From positions 5,460,001 to 5,492,000 of the forward strand of contig NZ_LN831024.1 in the NCBI RefSeq assembly GCF_001457615.1: a stretch of DNA of 32,000 bases. The letters are read 5' to 3'. The notes under the pieces are model-generated. The model was not told the DNA's origin. It saw only the letters and a program-made list of their open reading frames with translations, and did not search any database. Positions 17,748-29,195 of this stretch are shown here, piece after piece; the first letter of the stretch is position 1, and each line of letters starts with the position of its first letter. The DNA is from Pseudomonas aeruginosa (GTDB lineage: Bacteria; Pseudomonadota; Gammaproteobacteria; Pseudomonadales; Pseudomonadaceae). A program made the position numbers and the translations under genes.

Positions 17748-17787
17748 CATTGCCTGGTTCGCTTCCCGTCGCCGACGGGCTAGCCAG

Positions 17788-19698
17788 TCAGGACAGGTAC
17801 GCCGAGCGGGTCAGCCCCAGGCGCAGCGCATCCAGGTACTGGTTGCGCTCGCGGGCGGTGAGCTTGGCCCCGGCGACCTTGTCGCGGTAGAGGGTCATCA
17901 GTTCCTCCGGCGACAGGTGCACGTAGCGCAGCATGTCCTCGATGGTGTCGTGGGTCTCGATGCCGGCGTGATAGATGCCGCCGTCTGCGCGCTGGTAGAC
18001 GTTCACCGAGTCGGTGTCGCCGAACAGGTTGTGCATGTCGCCGAGGATCTCCTGGTAGGCGCCGACCAGGAATACCCCGATCAGGTAGTCCTCGCCCTCC
18101 TTCACCTCGTGCACCGGCAGGCTGGTCTCGATGCTCTGCTCGTCGACGTACTGGGTGATCTTGCCGTCGGAGTCGCAGGTCAGGTCCTGCAGTACCGCGC
18201 GCCGATCCGGCTCCTCGCCCAGGCGGTGCAGCGGCAGGATCGGCAGCACCTGGCCGATGGCCCAGGTATCCGGCAGGCTCTGGAACACCGAGAAGTTGCA
18301 GATGTACTTGTCGGCGAGCTTGTCGTTGAGTTCGTCGAGGACCTGCCGGTGGGAGCGCTGGCGGGCCTTGAGCTGGTTGTGCAGGCGCCGGCAGATAGCG
18401 AAGTAGCACTGCTCGGAGAGGGCTTTCTGCGCCAGGCTGATCTTGCCGTCGGCATACTGCGCGGCGGCGTCGCCGATGTAGTGGGTGGCGCGCCAGTAGG
18501 TCTCGGTGACCATCTCGGCATCGGTCGGGCCGAGCAGTTCGGCCAGCCAGCGAACGATCTCCGGCTGCTCGTCGAGATCGACGATCTTCGGCACGTCGTC
18601 GTTGTGCCGCTCGACGTCGGTGACCTGGGTGATCAGCACCGCATGGTGCGCGGTCAGCGCCCGGCCGCTCTCCGAGAAGATGTGCGGATGCGGCAGGCCC
18701 TGGGCGTCGCAGAACTCCTTGAGCATGCCGACCACCACGCCGGCATAGTCATCGATGTCGTAGTTGATCGAGCTGGCGTTGCGCGAATGGGTGCCGTCGT
18801 AGTCGACGCCGAGGCCGCCGCCAACGTCGATGTGATCCACCGGCAGGCCGAGCGCGCGCAGCTCGCCGTAGTAGCGGATGGCTTCCTTGAAGCCGTGCTG
18901 GTAGTCGGCCAGGTTGGCGATCTGCGAGCCCATGTGGAAATGCAGCAGGCGCACGCCCTGGTCGAGACCGGCCTGGCGGAAGCGCTCGACCACCGACAGC
19001 AGCTGGGCGGCGGAAAGGCCGAACTTGGCCTTCTCGCCACCGGTGTCTGCCCACTTCGACGAAGCCAGCGAGGACAGCCGCACGCGCAGGCCGACCTGGG
19101 GCTGCACGCCGACGTTGGCGGCCTCCTCGATCACCAGCTGCACCTCGGATTCCTTCTCGATCACGATGAACACGTTGTGCCCGAGCTTCTGCCCCATCAG
19201 CGCCAGCTTGATGAACTCGCGGTCCTTGTAGCCGTTGCAGACGATGGTGCCGCCCTTCGGGGCCAGCGCCAGCACCGCCATGAGTTCCGGCTTGGAGCCT
19301 GCCTCCAGGCCGATGGAGACGTTCTCGGTGGCGATGATGTTCTCCACCACCGCTTCCTGCTGGTTGACCTTGATCGGATACAGCGCGGTATAGCGGCTCT
19401 GGTATTCGAGGCGCTCGATGTTCGCGTCGAAGGCGCCGGTGAGCTTGCGCACGCGGTCCTGCAAAATATCCGGGAAGCGCACCAGCAGCGGCAGGCTCAG
19501 GCCCGCCTCGCGCAGCTGGCCGACCAGCTCGTAGAGATCGATGGGCGTCGAGTCGGCACCCTGCGGACGCACTTCGACATTGCCGCCATCGTTGATGGCG
19601 AAATAACCCGCACCCCAGTGGCGGATGCCGTATACGCCGCGGCTGTCGGCCACGGTCCAGTTGCTGCCATCGTCTTTGCGAGTCCGTCGAGCGGCCAT
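17788..19698 (-). CDS. speA: biosynthetic arginine decarboxylase
   Basis: 636 aa: [60 protein letters not shown] (PLP Lys) and [17 protein letters not shown]. Confidence 0.96.
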   Translation of the reverse strand: MAARRTRKDDGSNWTVADSRGVYGIRHWGAGYFAINDGGNVEVRPQGADSTPIDLYELVGQLREAGLSLPLLVRFPDILQDRVRKLTGAFDANIERLEYQSRYTALYPIKVNQQEAVVENIIATENVSIGLEAGSKPELMAVLALAPKGGTIVCNGYKDREFIKLALMGQKLGHNVFIVIEKESEVQLVIEEAANVGVQPQVGLRVRLSSLASSKWADTGGEKAKFGLSAAQLLSVVERFRQAGLDQGVRLLHFHMGSQIANLADYQHGFKEAIRYYGELRALGLPVDHIDVGGGLGVDYDGTHSRNASSINYDIDDYAGVVVGMLKEFCDAQGLPHPHIFSESGRALTAHHAVLITQVTDVERHNDDVPKIVDLDEQPEIVRWLAELLGPTDAEMVTETYWRATHYIGDAAAQYADGKISLAQKALSEQCYFAICRRLHNQLKARQRSHRQVLDELNDKLADKYICNFSVFQSLPDTWAIGQVLPILPLHRLGEEPDRRAVLQDLTCDSDGKITQYVDEQSIETSLPVHEVKEGEDYLIGVFLVGAYQEILGDMHNLFGDTDSVNVYQRADGGIYHAGIETHDTIEDMLRYVHLSPEELMTLYRDKVAGAKLTARERNQYLDALRLGLTRSAYLS

Positions 19699-19946
19699 GC
19701 GCGGTGATCTCCTCAATGTTCGGGGTCGGGCGGGCGCCGGGATCTCCGGATGGCCCTGGCCGGCACGCCTGTGGTGGAGGCTAGCCGGAGGATGTGACGT
19801 TGCCGTGTTGACCGCCACACTGGGCGGTAGTTTAGGAAAGCCGAGGAAATCCGCTCATGCGGGTATCCGCAGTCTCCCATCTAGGGAAAGGGCTGGCGCG
19901 GCCTCGCGGTGCCGGACCTGCCCGCTCTCTGCAGGGGAGAACGCGG

Positions 19947-20318
19947 TCAGCCGCCGGACTTCTTCGCCTTGAAACCGCGCTTGAGGAGTTCGTCGATCAG
20001 CAGTTCGACATGCTCGCCCTGGATCTCCACCACGCCGTCCTTGAGACTGCCGCCGGTGCCGCAGCGCCGCTTCAGCGCGCTGGCCAGCTCCTTGAGCGCA
20101 TCGCCGGCGAGCGGCAGGCCACTGATGGTGGTCACCGTCTTGCCGCCGCGGCCCTTGGTCTCGCGGCGCACGCGCGCGATCCCGTCGCCGACAGGCGCTA
20201 CGGCCTGCCCGCAGATGCAGGCGTCTTTGGGTTGCTGGCAGTCCGGGCAATGCCGGCCGCCATCCGTGGAATACACCAGCCCGCCGAGGGCGGACAGGGA
20301 CGAAGCTTTTTTGACCAC
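19947..20318 (-). CDS. translation initiation factor Sui1/YciH family protein
   Basis: 123 aa: LVYSTDGG...CPDCQQPKDACIC...VRRETKGRGGKTVTTISGLPL...LKKRCGTGGSLKDG-type SUI1 signature (here ALKRRCGTGGSLKDGVVEIQGEH). Confidence 0.93.
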   Translation of the reverse strand: MVKKASSLSALGGLVYSTDGGRHCPDCQQPKDACICGQAVAPVGDGIARVRRETKGRGGKTVTTISGLPLAGDALKELASALKRRCGTGGSLKDGVVEIQGEHVELLIDELLKRGFKAKKSGG

Positions 20319-20520
20319 CGGGCGTTTCCCCCAGAATGGCCTCGACGGGCCAGGTCAACAACGATGGCCGGCGGGAGCCGACCGCGACGCCCCACTCAGG
20401 CAGGGGCTGCGCAGGGCGGCATGGGGACCGCCCGAAAAGGTCGCGCAATTTAGCAGCATTGCGAGCAAATGCTAAGAGCGAAAATGCGCCATTGATCGGT
20501 GAAATGGCGACATCCGCGGC

Positions 20521-21057
20521 TCAGGCGTCCAGGTACAGGCGCAACGCCTGCAGGGAATCGGGGCAGTACGGCAGGCTGCGAGCCTCCTCCAGCGCCAGTT
20601 CGGGACGGATGAAGCGGGCCTCGGAGATTTCCTCCGCCTGCAGGCGCAAGGGCGCATCGGAGACGGCGGAAAACACCGCGCACCAGAGCCGGTTGCCCGG
20701 TTCGTCGAAGAAGAAGCGACCATGTTCGCGCAGGACCGCGTCGCGGATTCCCAGCTCTTCCTCCAGTTCGCGGGCGGCGGAGTCGGCGTAGGGCTCGCCG
20801 GCCTGGACCATGCCGCCGGCGGCGAGGTCCCAGTACCCGGGATAGACCGCCTTGCTCAGGGTCCGGCGCTGCACGCACAGCTCGCCGGCGGAGTTGAACA
20901 GCAGGATGAAGGTGCCGCGACCGATCAGCCCGCGCTCGCGCAGCTCCGCGCGCGGCAGGCTACCGAGCGGGCGGTCCTGCTCGTCGACCCAGGCGATGAG
21001 TTCGGCGTCGGAGGCGGCCCGGTGGGCCACCTCTTCGGCGCTGATCGGCGCGGCCAT
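20521..21057 (-). CDS. NUDIX hydrolase
   Basis: 178 aa with the Nudix box GGMVQAGEPYADSAARELEEELGI. Confidence 0.93.
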   Translation of the reverse strand: MAAPISAEEVAHRAASDAELIAWVDEQDRPLGSLPRAELRERGLIGRGTFILLFNSAGELCVQRRTLSKAVYPGYWDLAAGGMVQAGEPYADSAARELEEELGIRDAVLREHGRFFFDEPGNRLWCAVFSAVSDAPLRLQAEEISEARFIRPELALEEARSLPYCPDSLQALRLYLDA

Positions 21058-21060
21058 GGG

Positions 21061-22131
21061 TCAGCCCTGGGAAAGCAGCTGGCGCAGGTCGATCACCGCG
21101 GCGTTGGCGCGGGAAATGTAGTTGGCCATCACCAGCGAGTGGTTGGCCAGGATGCCGTAGCCGCTGCCGTTCAGCACCATCGGGCTCCACAACGGCTCCT
21201 GCGCGGCCTCCAGTTCGCGGATGATCTGCCGCACGCTGACCGTGGCGTTCTTCTTCGCCAGCACGTCGGCGAAGTCGACCTCGATGGCGCGCAGCAGGTG
21301 CGACAGCGCCCAGGCCTGGCCCCGGGCCTCGTAGAAGACGTTGTCGATCTGCAGCCAGGGGGTTTCCTGGACCACTTCCTCGACCTTGGGCGCCTCGCCC
21401 GGCTGTACCTCTTCGGGGTTCTTGATGTTGGTGTTCAGCTTGACCCGGCCGACGCTCGCCGACAGGCGCTGGGACAGCGAGCCCAGGCGGGTGGCGACGT
21501 CGCCCAGCCAGTTGTTCAGGTTGTCGGCGCGGGCATAGAACTGCGCGTTGGGCTGGTTCGGGTCGGACAGACGGGCCAGGTAGCGATCCAGCGACTTGAT
21601 GCCTTCCTGGTACTCCGACTCGGACGCCGGCAGCGCCCAGCTCTTGTTGTCGAAGTTGAAACGCGGCTCGGCGCGAGCCAGGTCGGCGTCCTCGGTGGAC
21701 TGCGACTGCGAACGGGCGAAATCCTTGCGCAGCGCCCGGCTGATGTCGCGCACCTGGACCAGCACGCCATACTCCCAGCTGGGCATGTTGTCCATCCAGA
21801 TGCCCGGCGGGAAGATGTCGTTGGAGATGTAGCCGCCCGGCTTGGTCAGCAGGGTATCGACTACTTCCTTGAGGGTCTCCACCGTGGTGTAGCCGGTGAC
21901 CATCTGCCGCCCGGCGCGCTCGGCGGCGGCCTGGGCGTCCTGCTGCACGGGGAACAGGTCGGGTTCCTGGCTCCAGTACCAGCCGACCAGCATCGCCACC
22001 AGCAGGTAGATGCCCAGCAGGCCTCCCACCACGCGCACCAGCCAGGGGCCGCCGAAGTAGGTACGCACATCATCCACGGAATTGTCCACGCGATCGCGCA
22101 TGGTCCCACGACGCTTCTTCCAGTCCAGCAT
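21061..22131 (-). CDS. DUF2333-like protein
   Basis: 356 aa from the Met at 22131 (MLDWKKRRGTMRDRVDNSVDDVRTYFGGPWLVRVVGGLLGIYLLVAMLVGWYWS...), with one N-terminal TM helix. It ends 3 nt before the NUDIX start. Confidence 0.8.
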   Translation of the reverse strand: MLDWKKRRGTMRDRVDNSVDDVRTYFGGPWLVRVVGGLLGIYLLVAMLVGWYWSQEPDLFPVQQDAQAAAERAGRQMVTGYTTVETLKEVVDTLLTKPGGYISNDIFPPGIWMDNMPSWEYGVLVQVRDISRALRKDFARSQSQSTEDADLARAEPRFNFDNKSWALPASESEYQEGIKSLDRYLARLSDPNQPNAQFYARADNLNNWLGDVATRLGSLSQRLSASVGRVKLNTNIKNPEEVQPGEAPKVEEVVQETPWLQIDNVFYEARGQAWALSHLLRAIEVDFADVLAKKNATVSVRQIIRELEAAQEPLWSPMVLNGSGYGILANHSLVMANYISRANAAVIDLRQLLSQG

Positions 22132-22483
22132 GGCAAGGGTCCTTAAAACAGCTCGATAGATGGGGGATTGGACCATGGCGAACGCGTTCCGTGCCAAGCG
22201 CCAACCCTTCCAGGACGCCGAAAACCTCGGCATCGTCGGCTTTCAGCGTAGTGGAAGCCGGTTTTGTGCCGGAATGCTCAGTGAGAATTTTCCGAAACAG
22301 GCATAAGCATGCCGTAGTCCGTCGCACAAAGGCACCCACCAACAGGTGGGGATGACATTTGGAAAAGAAAAGGCTCCTCTCGTCAGCCGCCCAACGGCCG
22401 CTGGCTTTCATGGCGATAGGTGATAGCATAGAGCCATCATTCGCAGCGACGCTCTGCCGCGAAGACCACGAAAGAAGCGCGTC

Positions 22484-24112
22484 ATGATGACCGAGCACGA
22501 TGACCCGACCCTGGACCGCCTGAAGCACCACTTCGCCCAGCGAGTGATCAACCAGGCGCGCCAGGTTCTGGAGGTCTGGCAACGCCTGACCCGCGCGGAG
22601 TGGAACAGCGACGGCATGGAAGAACTGGCCGACGCCACCCTGCGCCTGCAGCGCTACGCCGAACGCTTCGAGCAAGCCGAGCATGCCCAGTTGGCCGGTG
22701 CCATCGACCGTACCCTGGACGTCGTCGAGGCCAACCGCGGCCGGCTTTCCAGCGAGTCGATCAGCGAACTCAACCAGTTGATGCAGCGCCTGTCGCGCAC
22801 CGGCCTGCGGCATGGCGACCAGCTCGAGCACACCGTCCTGCCGCCGTTGCGCAAACCGGTCTACCTGGCACTGAAGGACCGCGAACGCGCCGAGCGCCTG
22901 GCCCAGCAACTGGAATTCTTCGGTCTGCAGGCGCTGAGCTGCGAGACCGCCGACGCCTTCCGCGCCAGCATGCGCGAACGCTACCCGGCGGCGATCGTCA
23001 TGGAAGTCGATTTCGCCGGCCCCGACATGGGCCTGCGACTGGCCAGCGAGGCCCAGGCCGGCCTCGAACACAAGCTGCCGGTGCTGTTCTTCAGCGACAG
23101 CGAGACCGACACACCGACCCGCCTGGCCGCGGCCCGTGCCGGCGGCCAGGAATTCTTCACCGGCACCCTGGACGCCTCCAGCGTGCTGGAAAAGATCGAG
23201 ACCCTCAGCCGCCTGAGCTTCTACGAGCCCTACCGGGTACTGATCGTCGACGACTCCCGGGCCCAGGCGCTGCACACCGAGATGGTCCTCAACAGCGCCG
23301 GGATCATCACCCGCGCACTCACCGAGCCACTGTCGGTGATGGCCGAGCTGAGCGACTTCCAGCCCGACCTGATCATCCTCGACATGTACATGCCCGAGTG
23401 CCTGGGCACCGAATTGGCCAAGGTGATCCGCCAGCACGAGCGCCACGTCAGCGTGCCGATCATCTACCTGTCCGCCGAGGACGACCTGGACAAGCAGCTG
23501 GACGCCATGAGCGAAGGCGGCGACGACTTCCTCACCAAGCCGATCCGCCCGCGCCACCTGATCGCCACCGTGCGCACCCGCGCCAGCCGCGCGCGCAGCC
23601 TGAAGGCGCGGATGGTGCGCGACAGCCTGACCGGCCTGTACAACCACACCCATACCCTGCAACTGCTCGAGGACGCCCGTCTGCGCGCACGTCGCGATGG
23701 CCGTCCGCTGAGCTTCGCGATGCTCGACATCGACCACTTCAAGCAGGTCAACGACCGTTTCGGCCACCCCATGGGCGACCGGGTGATCAAGGGCCTGGCG
23801 CTGTTCCTCAAGCAACGCCTGCGCAAGACCGACCACATCGGCCGCTATGGCGGCGAAGAGTTCGCCGTGGTCCTTCCGGACACCGACCTGGACGCCGCGC
23901 GCCTGGTGCTCGACGAGATTCGCCAGCGCTTCGCCGAGATCCACTACCCGGCGCAACCGACCGACCTGCGCTGCACCTTCAGTTGCGGCATCGCCGAGCT
24001 GACCCCGGACCTCGATATCAAGAGCATGGCCAAGCAGGCCGACGAAGCGCTGTACCGGGCCAAGCACGGCGGGCGCAACCGGATCGAGGTATATCGTCCC
24101 GACGCTCGATAA
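22484..24112 (+). CDS. gcbA: response regulator with GGDEF diguanylate cyclase domain
   Basis: 542 aa: receiver domain VLIVDDSRAQALHTEMVL...LIILDMYMPECLGTEL...IIYLSAEDD, then MLDIDHFKQVNDRFGHPMGDRVI and RKTDHIGRYGGEEF, an RxxD I-site followed by the active site. Confidence 0.92.
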   Translation: MMTEHDDPTLDRLKHHFAQRVINQARQVLEVWQRLTRAEWNSDGMEELADATLRLQRYAERFEQAEHAQLAGAIDRTLDVVEANRGRLSSESISELNQLMQRLSRTGLRHGDQLEHTVLPPLRKPVYLALKDRERAERLAQQLEFFGLQALSCETADAFRASMRERYPAAIVMEVDFAGPDMGLRLASEAQAGLEHKLPVLFFSDSETDTPTRLAAARAGGQEFFTGTLDASSVLEKIETLSRLSFYEPYRVLIVDDSRAQALHTEMVLNSAGIITRALTEPLSVMAELSDFQPDLIILDMYMPECLGTELAKVIRQHERHVSVPIIYLSAEDDLDKQLDAMSEGGDDFLTKPIRPRHLIATVRTRASRARSLKARMVRDSLTGLYNHTHTLQLLEDARLRARRDGRPLSFAMLDIDHFKQVNDRFGHPMGDRVIKGLALFLKQRLRKTDHIGRYGGEEFAVVLPDTDLDAARLVLDEIRQRFAEIHYPAQPTDLRCTFSCGIAELTPDLDIKSMAKQADEALYRAKHGGRNRIEVYRPDAR

Positions 24113-24189
24113 TGGCCTTTTGCCATCAGCCGGTAACCGAACGGAAATAACCTGCGGTCTCGCCGTTCCGTAGTCGGACGAGACTCGCC

Positions 24190-26163
24190 ATGCGCCTCAA
24201 GCAACTCACCAACCTCAACACCCTGCTCCTGCTCACCGTCTGCCTCGCCCTGGGAATCACCCTGTGGTGGTCGCAACGCGCCATGGAGCGGCCCTTCCAG
24301 TTGCTCGACCAGTACCTGGAGCTGTCGCAGCGCTTCGACGAACAGGTCGCGCGCAACATCCGCCAGTACCTCGGCAGCGGCGACGCCGTGCGCCAGCAGG
24401 CCGCGCTGCAAGCCCTGGAAAGCCTCGCCGAGGCCTTGCCGGAGCTACCGCCGGACCTCGCCCGGACCCTCGCGCCAAGCCTCGCGGAGTTGCGCGAATT
24501 CAGTGCCGGCGACCTGCTCGCCGCCGGCAAGCTCGCCGGCGACCCGCAGGGCCTGCTGCTACAGGCCGAGCGCGACCTCACCGGCAACCTGGAACAATGG
24601 TCCGCCTACCTGGACGCCGCGGCGGGGCAGCCCCAGGCCGGCGCCTACCGCACCCCGCTGCTGCTCGCCAGCCTGCACCTGACCCGCCTCAGCCTGGCCC
24701 GCGCCAAGCTGGTGGAAAGCGCCAACCCGGCCCTGGCCGGCGACGTCGAGCGCGAATTGGCCAACCTGCGCGAGCAGGCCGGGCGGATCGAGGCCTTGCC
24801 GCTGCTCGGCGTGCTCGACGAGCAACGCTCGGCCAGCGACGACTTCGCCGCCATGATGGGGCTGGCCGGCGACGCCGAGGCTGGCGCCGGCAATGCCGAA
24901 GACCGCGGCGTGGCGCTGCGGCGCGAACTCGCCAGCCTGCTGCAACGCTATCCGGACGAGTTGCGCCGCACCCGCGACCTGATCGAGCGTCGCCAGCAAC
25001 TGTCCGCCGACACCGGCGCCAGACTGGACGCGGTGCGCCAGGCCCTGGCCACCCTGGAACCGCAGGTGCGCGGCGAACGCCAGCGCCTGCAAGGCCAGGT
25101 ACGCCTGATCCAGGGTGGGATGATCGCCCTGATCCTGCTCATCGCCCTCGCCATCGACAGCCTGCAAAGACGCCTGGCGCGGGTCCTCGGGCAACTGGTG
25201 CCGGCGCTCTCGGCCTGGGCCGACGGCGACTTCTCGCGCCCCATATCCCTGCGTACCCGCACCGAGGACCTGCGCAACCTGGAAGATTCGCTGAACCGCC
25301 TGCGCAGCTTCCTCGCCGAGCTGGTCGGCGCGATCCACCGCCGCGCCGAACAGGTCGCCGGCAGCAGCCAGACCCTGGCCGAGGTCAGCAGCGGCCTGCA
25401 CGCCGGGGTCGAGCGCCAGGCCGGCGATACCGGGCAGATCCGCGACGCCCTCGGCGACATGGAAGCGGCGATCCAGCAGGTCGCCGGAGACGCCAGCCAG
25501 ACCGCCGACGCCAGTCGCAGCGCAGGCCAGGCAGTGGAGCATGGCCAGCGGGTGATCGGCGAGAGCCTGGGCGGCCTGCGCGAGCTGGTCGACGAGGTGC
25601 AAGGCAACGCCCAGTCGATCGAGCGCCTGGCCGAGGAGTCGGCGACCATCGGCAGCGTGCTGACGGTGATCCGCTCGATCGCCGAACAGACCAACCTGCT
25701 CGCCCTCAATGCCGCCATCGAGGCCGCCCGCGCCGGCGACCAGGGCCGCGGCTTCGCCGTGGTCGCCGAGGAAGTCCGCTCGCTGGCCCAGCGCACCGCC
25801 GGCGCCACCGAGGAGATCCAGCAGCTCATCGGCCGCCTGCAACAGGCCGCGCGGCAATCGGTGGAGGCCATGCGCAGCCAGGTCGAGCATGCCGAACGCA
25901 CCGCCGAACAGGCCGGCGCGGCGGAAGGCGCGCTGGACGAAGTGGTCGCCGCGATCCATACCATCGGCGTGATGGCCGAACGCATCGCCGAAGGCTCGAC
26001 CCAGCAGAGCCAGGCGGTCGGCGAGATTCGCTCGCACAGCGAACGCATCCACGCCCTGGGCGGGGAAAACCTGCGGCTGATCGGCCATAGCCGCGAACAG
26101 GGCGAGCAACTGCGGCAACTGGGCGGCGACCTGCGCACCACGGTGCAGGCCTTCCGCCTGTGA
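24190..26163 (+). CDS. ctpL: methyl-accepting chemotaxis protein (CtpL, phosphate chemotaxis)
   Basis: 657 aa: N-terminal TM, large periplasmic domain, second TM, signalling tip [40 protein letters not shown]. Symbol assigned from synteny next to gcbA. Confidence 0.88.
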   Translation: MRLKQLTNLNTLLLLTVCLALGITLWWSQRAMERPFQLLDQYLELSQRFDEQVARNIRQYLGSGDAVRQQAALQALESLAEALPELPPDLARTLAPSLAELREFSAGDLLAAGKLAGDPQGLLLQAERDLTGNLEQWSAYLDAAAGQPQAGAYRTPLLLASLHLTRLSLARAKLVESANPALAGDVERELANLREQAGRIEALPLLGVLDEQRSASDDFAAMMGLAGDAEAGAGNAEDRGVALRRELASLLQRYPDELRRTRDLIERRQQLSADTGARLDAVRQALATLEPQVRGERQRLQGQVRLIQGGMIALILLIALAIDSLQRRLARVLGQLVPALSAWADGDFSRPISLRTRTEDLRNLEDSLNRLRSFLAELVGAIHRRAEQVAGSSQTLAEVSSGLHAGVERQAGDTGQIRDALGDMEAAIQQVAGDASQTADASRSAGQAVEHGQRVIGESLGGLRELVDEVQGNAQSIERLAEESATIGSVLTVIRSIAEQTNLLALNAAIEAARAGDQGRGFAVVAEEVRSLAQRTAGATEEIQQLIGRLQQAARQSVEAMRSQVEHAERTAEQAGAAEGALDEVVAAIHTIGVMAERIAEGSTQQSQAVGEIRSHSERIHALGGENLRLIGHSREQGEQLRQLGGDLRTTVQAFRL

Positions 26164-26322
26164 CCCTGCGGCGACGTGCCGCAAGGCGCCAGAGGAACCG
26201 TCTGGCTTCGGACCGGTCGGATACCGCTCAGCGGAACCGGGGCAGGACCTGATCAGCCGCACGGGGCTCGATCGGGCCCGGCTTTCCGCTATCATTCCGG
26301 CTTTTGATCCGACGAGATATCC

Positions 26323-28097
26323 ATGCGCCGCCTGCTGACCCTGATCCTCCTGCTGGTCGCCCTGCCCGCCGGCGCGGGCCTGTTCGACAGCCGTCCCGGC
26401 GCCTCCCTCGGCGGCGGCCTCGATGGCGGCGGCTTCCTCAAGGTCGACCAGGCGTTCAAGCCCAGCGTCGAGCGCAGCGACGCGCAGCACGTGCTGCTGC
26501 GCTTCGTCAACGCCGAGGGCTACTACCTCTACCGCCACCGCTTCCAGTTCAAGGTCGAGCCAGCCCAGGTCAGCCTCGGCCAGGTGCAGCTGCCGGCGGG
26601 CAAGCAGCACCACGACGAGTACTTCGGCGATACCGAGGTCTACTACAACATCGTCGACCTGAAGATTCCCCTGAACAACCCGGCCCGGCAGCCCTATACC
26701 CTCGTGGTGACGTACCAGGGCTGCGCCGACAAGGGCCTCTGCTACCCCCGGAAACCAGGCGCTTCGACATCGACGGCGGTGCCGCGCCGCCAGCCGAGAG
26801 CGACGCGGCCGGCAAGGGCCCGCTCGAGCACAAGGGCAAGCGCAGCCTGCTGTTCTTCTTCCTCGCCGGCCTGACCCTGACCTTCACCCCCTGCGTGCTG
26901 CCGATGCTGCCGATCCTCTCCGGAGTGGTCCTGCGCGGCCGGCCGGGCGGTGGTCGCGGCTTCGTCCTGTCGCTCGCCTACGTGCTGCCGATGGCGCTCT
27001 GCTTCGCCCTGCTCGGCGCGCTGATGGGCATGTTCGGCGCCAGCCTCAATCTCCAGGCGCAATTGCAGTCGCCCTGGGTACTGGTGCCATTCGCGGCGTT
27101 CTTCGCGCTGTTCGCCGTGGCCATGTTCGGCTTCTTCGAGCTGCGCCTGCCCGGCTTCATCCGCGAACCGCTCGACCGCCTGGCCGGCGATGCGCGCGGC
27201 GGCTCGATCCTCGGCGCGGCCACCCTCGGCGTGCTTTCCAGCCTGCTGGTCTCGCCCTGCGTCTCCGCCCCGCTGGCCGCCTCGCTGCTCTATATCAGCG
27301 CCAGCGGCGATGCCTGGGGGGGCGGCCTGCAACTGTTCGCCCTCGGCCTGGGCATGGGTACGCCGCTGGTGGTGTTCGGCGCCGGCGGCGGCGCCCTGCT
27401 GCCCAAGAGCGGAGCCTGGATGAATGGCGTGCGCAACGCCTTCGGCGTGCTGTTGCTGGCGGTCGCCGTGTGGCTGCTGGAGCGGGTGGTGTCCGGCCCG
27501 GTGGCGCTGATGCTCTGGGGCATGCTCGCCGGCGGCGCCGGCCTGGCCCTGGGCGCCCTCGAATTCACCCCGAAGAGCGCCGCACGCCGCCTGCTGCAAC
27601 TGCTTGGCCTGATGTTCCTGACCTACGCGGTGGCCGCCTGGATCGGCGCCCTGCAGGGCGAGTCGGACCCGATCCATCCGCTGGGCCGCTCGGTGCCGTC
27701 GATCCATGCCGGGCCGCCGAGCACGCCCGGCGAATGGCAGAACCTGACCACCCCGGCGCAGTTGGACGCCGCCCTGGCCGAGGCACGTCAGGCCGGCAAG
27801 CCGGTGCTGCTGGACTGGTATGCGGACTGGTGCATCAGTTGCAAGGTCATCGAGCGCCAGGTTCTCACCGATCCCACGGTGCAGGCACGACTGCCGGCCT
27901 ACCGCCTGCTGCGCTTCGACATCACCGAAAGCAACCCGGCCCAGCGCGGCCTGCTGGACCGCTACAACCTGTTCGGTCCGCCGGCGATCCTGTTCTTCGC
28001 CCCGGGCGGTGACGAATGGAGCGACTTGCGCGTCATCGGAGAGATCGACGCCGCCGGGCTCGCCGAACGACTGCGCCGGGCCGCTACCCGGCAGTGA
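26323..28097 (+). pseudogene. dipZ: thiol:disulfide interchange protein DsbD/DipZ, split by a -1 frameshift at 26745-26749
   Basis: Frame 1 (from 26323) gives MRRLLTLILLLVALPAGAGLFDSR...VTYQGCADKGLCYP. The family sequence resumes in another frame as PETRRFDIDGG...FTPCVLPMLPILSG...LLDWYADWCISCKVIERQV. Adding one C to the CCCCC run restores a 591-aa ORF. Confidence 0.85.
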
Positions 28098-28162
28098 CAT
28101 GCGCTGACATACTTCTGCCGCAATTGCCGGTCAACATGCGGCGATCTACTGCAATCTAACAG

Positions 28163-28189
28163 TGACTGGACAGTCATACGGAAATTCCG
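28163..28189. promoter_or_regulatory. two adjacent palindromes upstream of aroQ-accBC
   Basis: TGACTG-GA-CAGTCA (28163-28176) followed by CGGAA-A-TTCCG (28179-28189) in the dipZ-aroQ intergenic region. Confidence 0.35.
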
Positions 28190-28240
28190 GCATAGTGCCC
28201 GCTTGCCGTTTGCAGCCTGTACAGGACAATCAACAAGACA

Positions 28241-28684
28241 ATGGCGACCCTCCTCGTATTGCACGGGCCGAATCTGAACCTGCTGGGCACCCGCGAGCCC
28301 GGCACCTACGGTTCGACCACCCTCGGGCAGATCAACCAGGACCTCGAGCGCCGCGCCCGCGAAGCCGGCCACCACCTGCTGCATCTGCAAAGCAACGCCG
28401 AATACGAACTGATCGACCGGATCCATGCCGCGCGCGACGAAGGCGTGGACTTCATCATCATCAATCCGGCGGCATTCACCCATACCAGCGTCGCGTTACG
28501 TGACGCGCTGCTTGCGGTGAGCATCCCATTCATCGAAGTGCACCTGTCGAACGTGCACAAACGTGAACCTTTCCGGCATCACTCCTACTTCTCCGACGTG
28601 GCGGTAGGGGTGATCTGCGGTCTCGGCGCCACAGGCTACCGCCTGGCCCTGGAATCCGCCCTTGAACAACTTCAACGCCCCTGA
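28241..28684 (+). CDS. aroQ: type II 3-dehydroquinate dehydratase
   Basis: 147 aa: [39 protein letters not shown] and [42 protein letters not shown]. Confidence 0.97.
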   Translation: MATLLVLHGPNLNLLGTREPGTYGSTTLGQINQDLERRAREAGHHLLHLQSNAEYELIDRIHAARDEGVDFIIINPAAFTHTSVALRDALLAVSIPFIEVHLSNVHKREPFRHHSYFSDVAVGVICGLGATGYRLALESALEQLQRP

Positions 28685-28707
28685 CCTCACTGGGAGTGCT
28701 AGCGCTA

Positions 28708-29178
28708 ATGGACATTCGTAAAGTCAAGAAACTGATCGAGCTGCTGGAAGAGTCCGGTATCGACGAGCTGGAAATCCGCGAAGGCGAAGAGTCGGTACGC
28801 ATCAGCCGCCACAGCAAGACCGCCGCCCAGCCGGTGTACGCACAGGCTCCGGCCTTCGCCGCTCCGGTCGCCGCGCCGGCGCCGGCAGCCGCCGCTCCGG
28901 CCGCCGCTGCCGCGGAAAGCGCCCCGGCCGCGCCGAAGCTGAACGGCAACGTGGTTCGCTCGCCGATGGTCGGCACCTTCTACCGCGCCGCCTCGCCGAC
29001 CTCGGCCAACTTCGTCGAAGTCGGCCAGAGCGTGAAGAAAGGCGACATCCTGTGCATCGTCGAAGCCATGAAGATGATGAACCACATCGAAGCCGAAGTT
29101 AGCGGCACCATCGAGTCGATCCTGGTGGAGAACGGCCAGCCGGTTGAGTTCGACCAGCCGCTGTTCACCATCGTCTAA
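28708..29178 (+). CDS. accB: acetyl-CoA carboxylase biotin carboxyl carrier protein
   Basis: 156 aa: [34 protein letters not shown], Ala/Pro linker, and biotinylation motif [15 protein letters not shown]. Confidence 0.97.
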   Translation: MDIRKVKKLIELLEESGIDELEIREGEESVRISRHSKTAAQPVYAQAPAFAAPVAAPAPAAAAPAAAAAESAPAAPKLNGNVVRSPMVGTFYRAASPTSANFVEVGQSVKKGDILCIVEAMKMMNHIEAEVSGTIESILVENGQPVEFDQPLFTIV

Positions 29179-29195
29179 GCCGCGGGGAACCTGCG

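Noticed and set aside
17917-19707. 596-aa plus-strand ORF
   Set aside because: Antisense to speA, with no coherent domain pattern.
22140-22480. Longer intergenic region between the DUF2333-like gene and gcbA, considered as a small RNA
   Set aside because: No convincing promoter-plus-terminator pair or strong conserved-looking fold could be identified by eye; it is more simply the divergent promoter region.
24559-26613. 684-aa minus-strand ORF and other long ORFs opposite or in alternative frames of ctpL and gcbA
   Set aside because: Shadow ORFs caused by high GC in the third codon position; the plus-strand MCP and GGDEF motifs explain the region.
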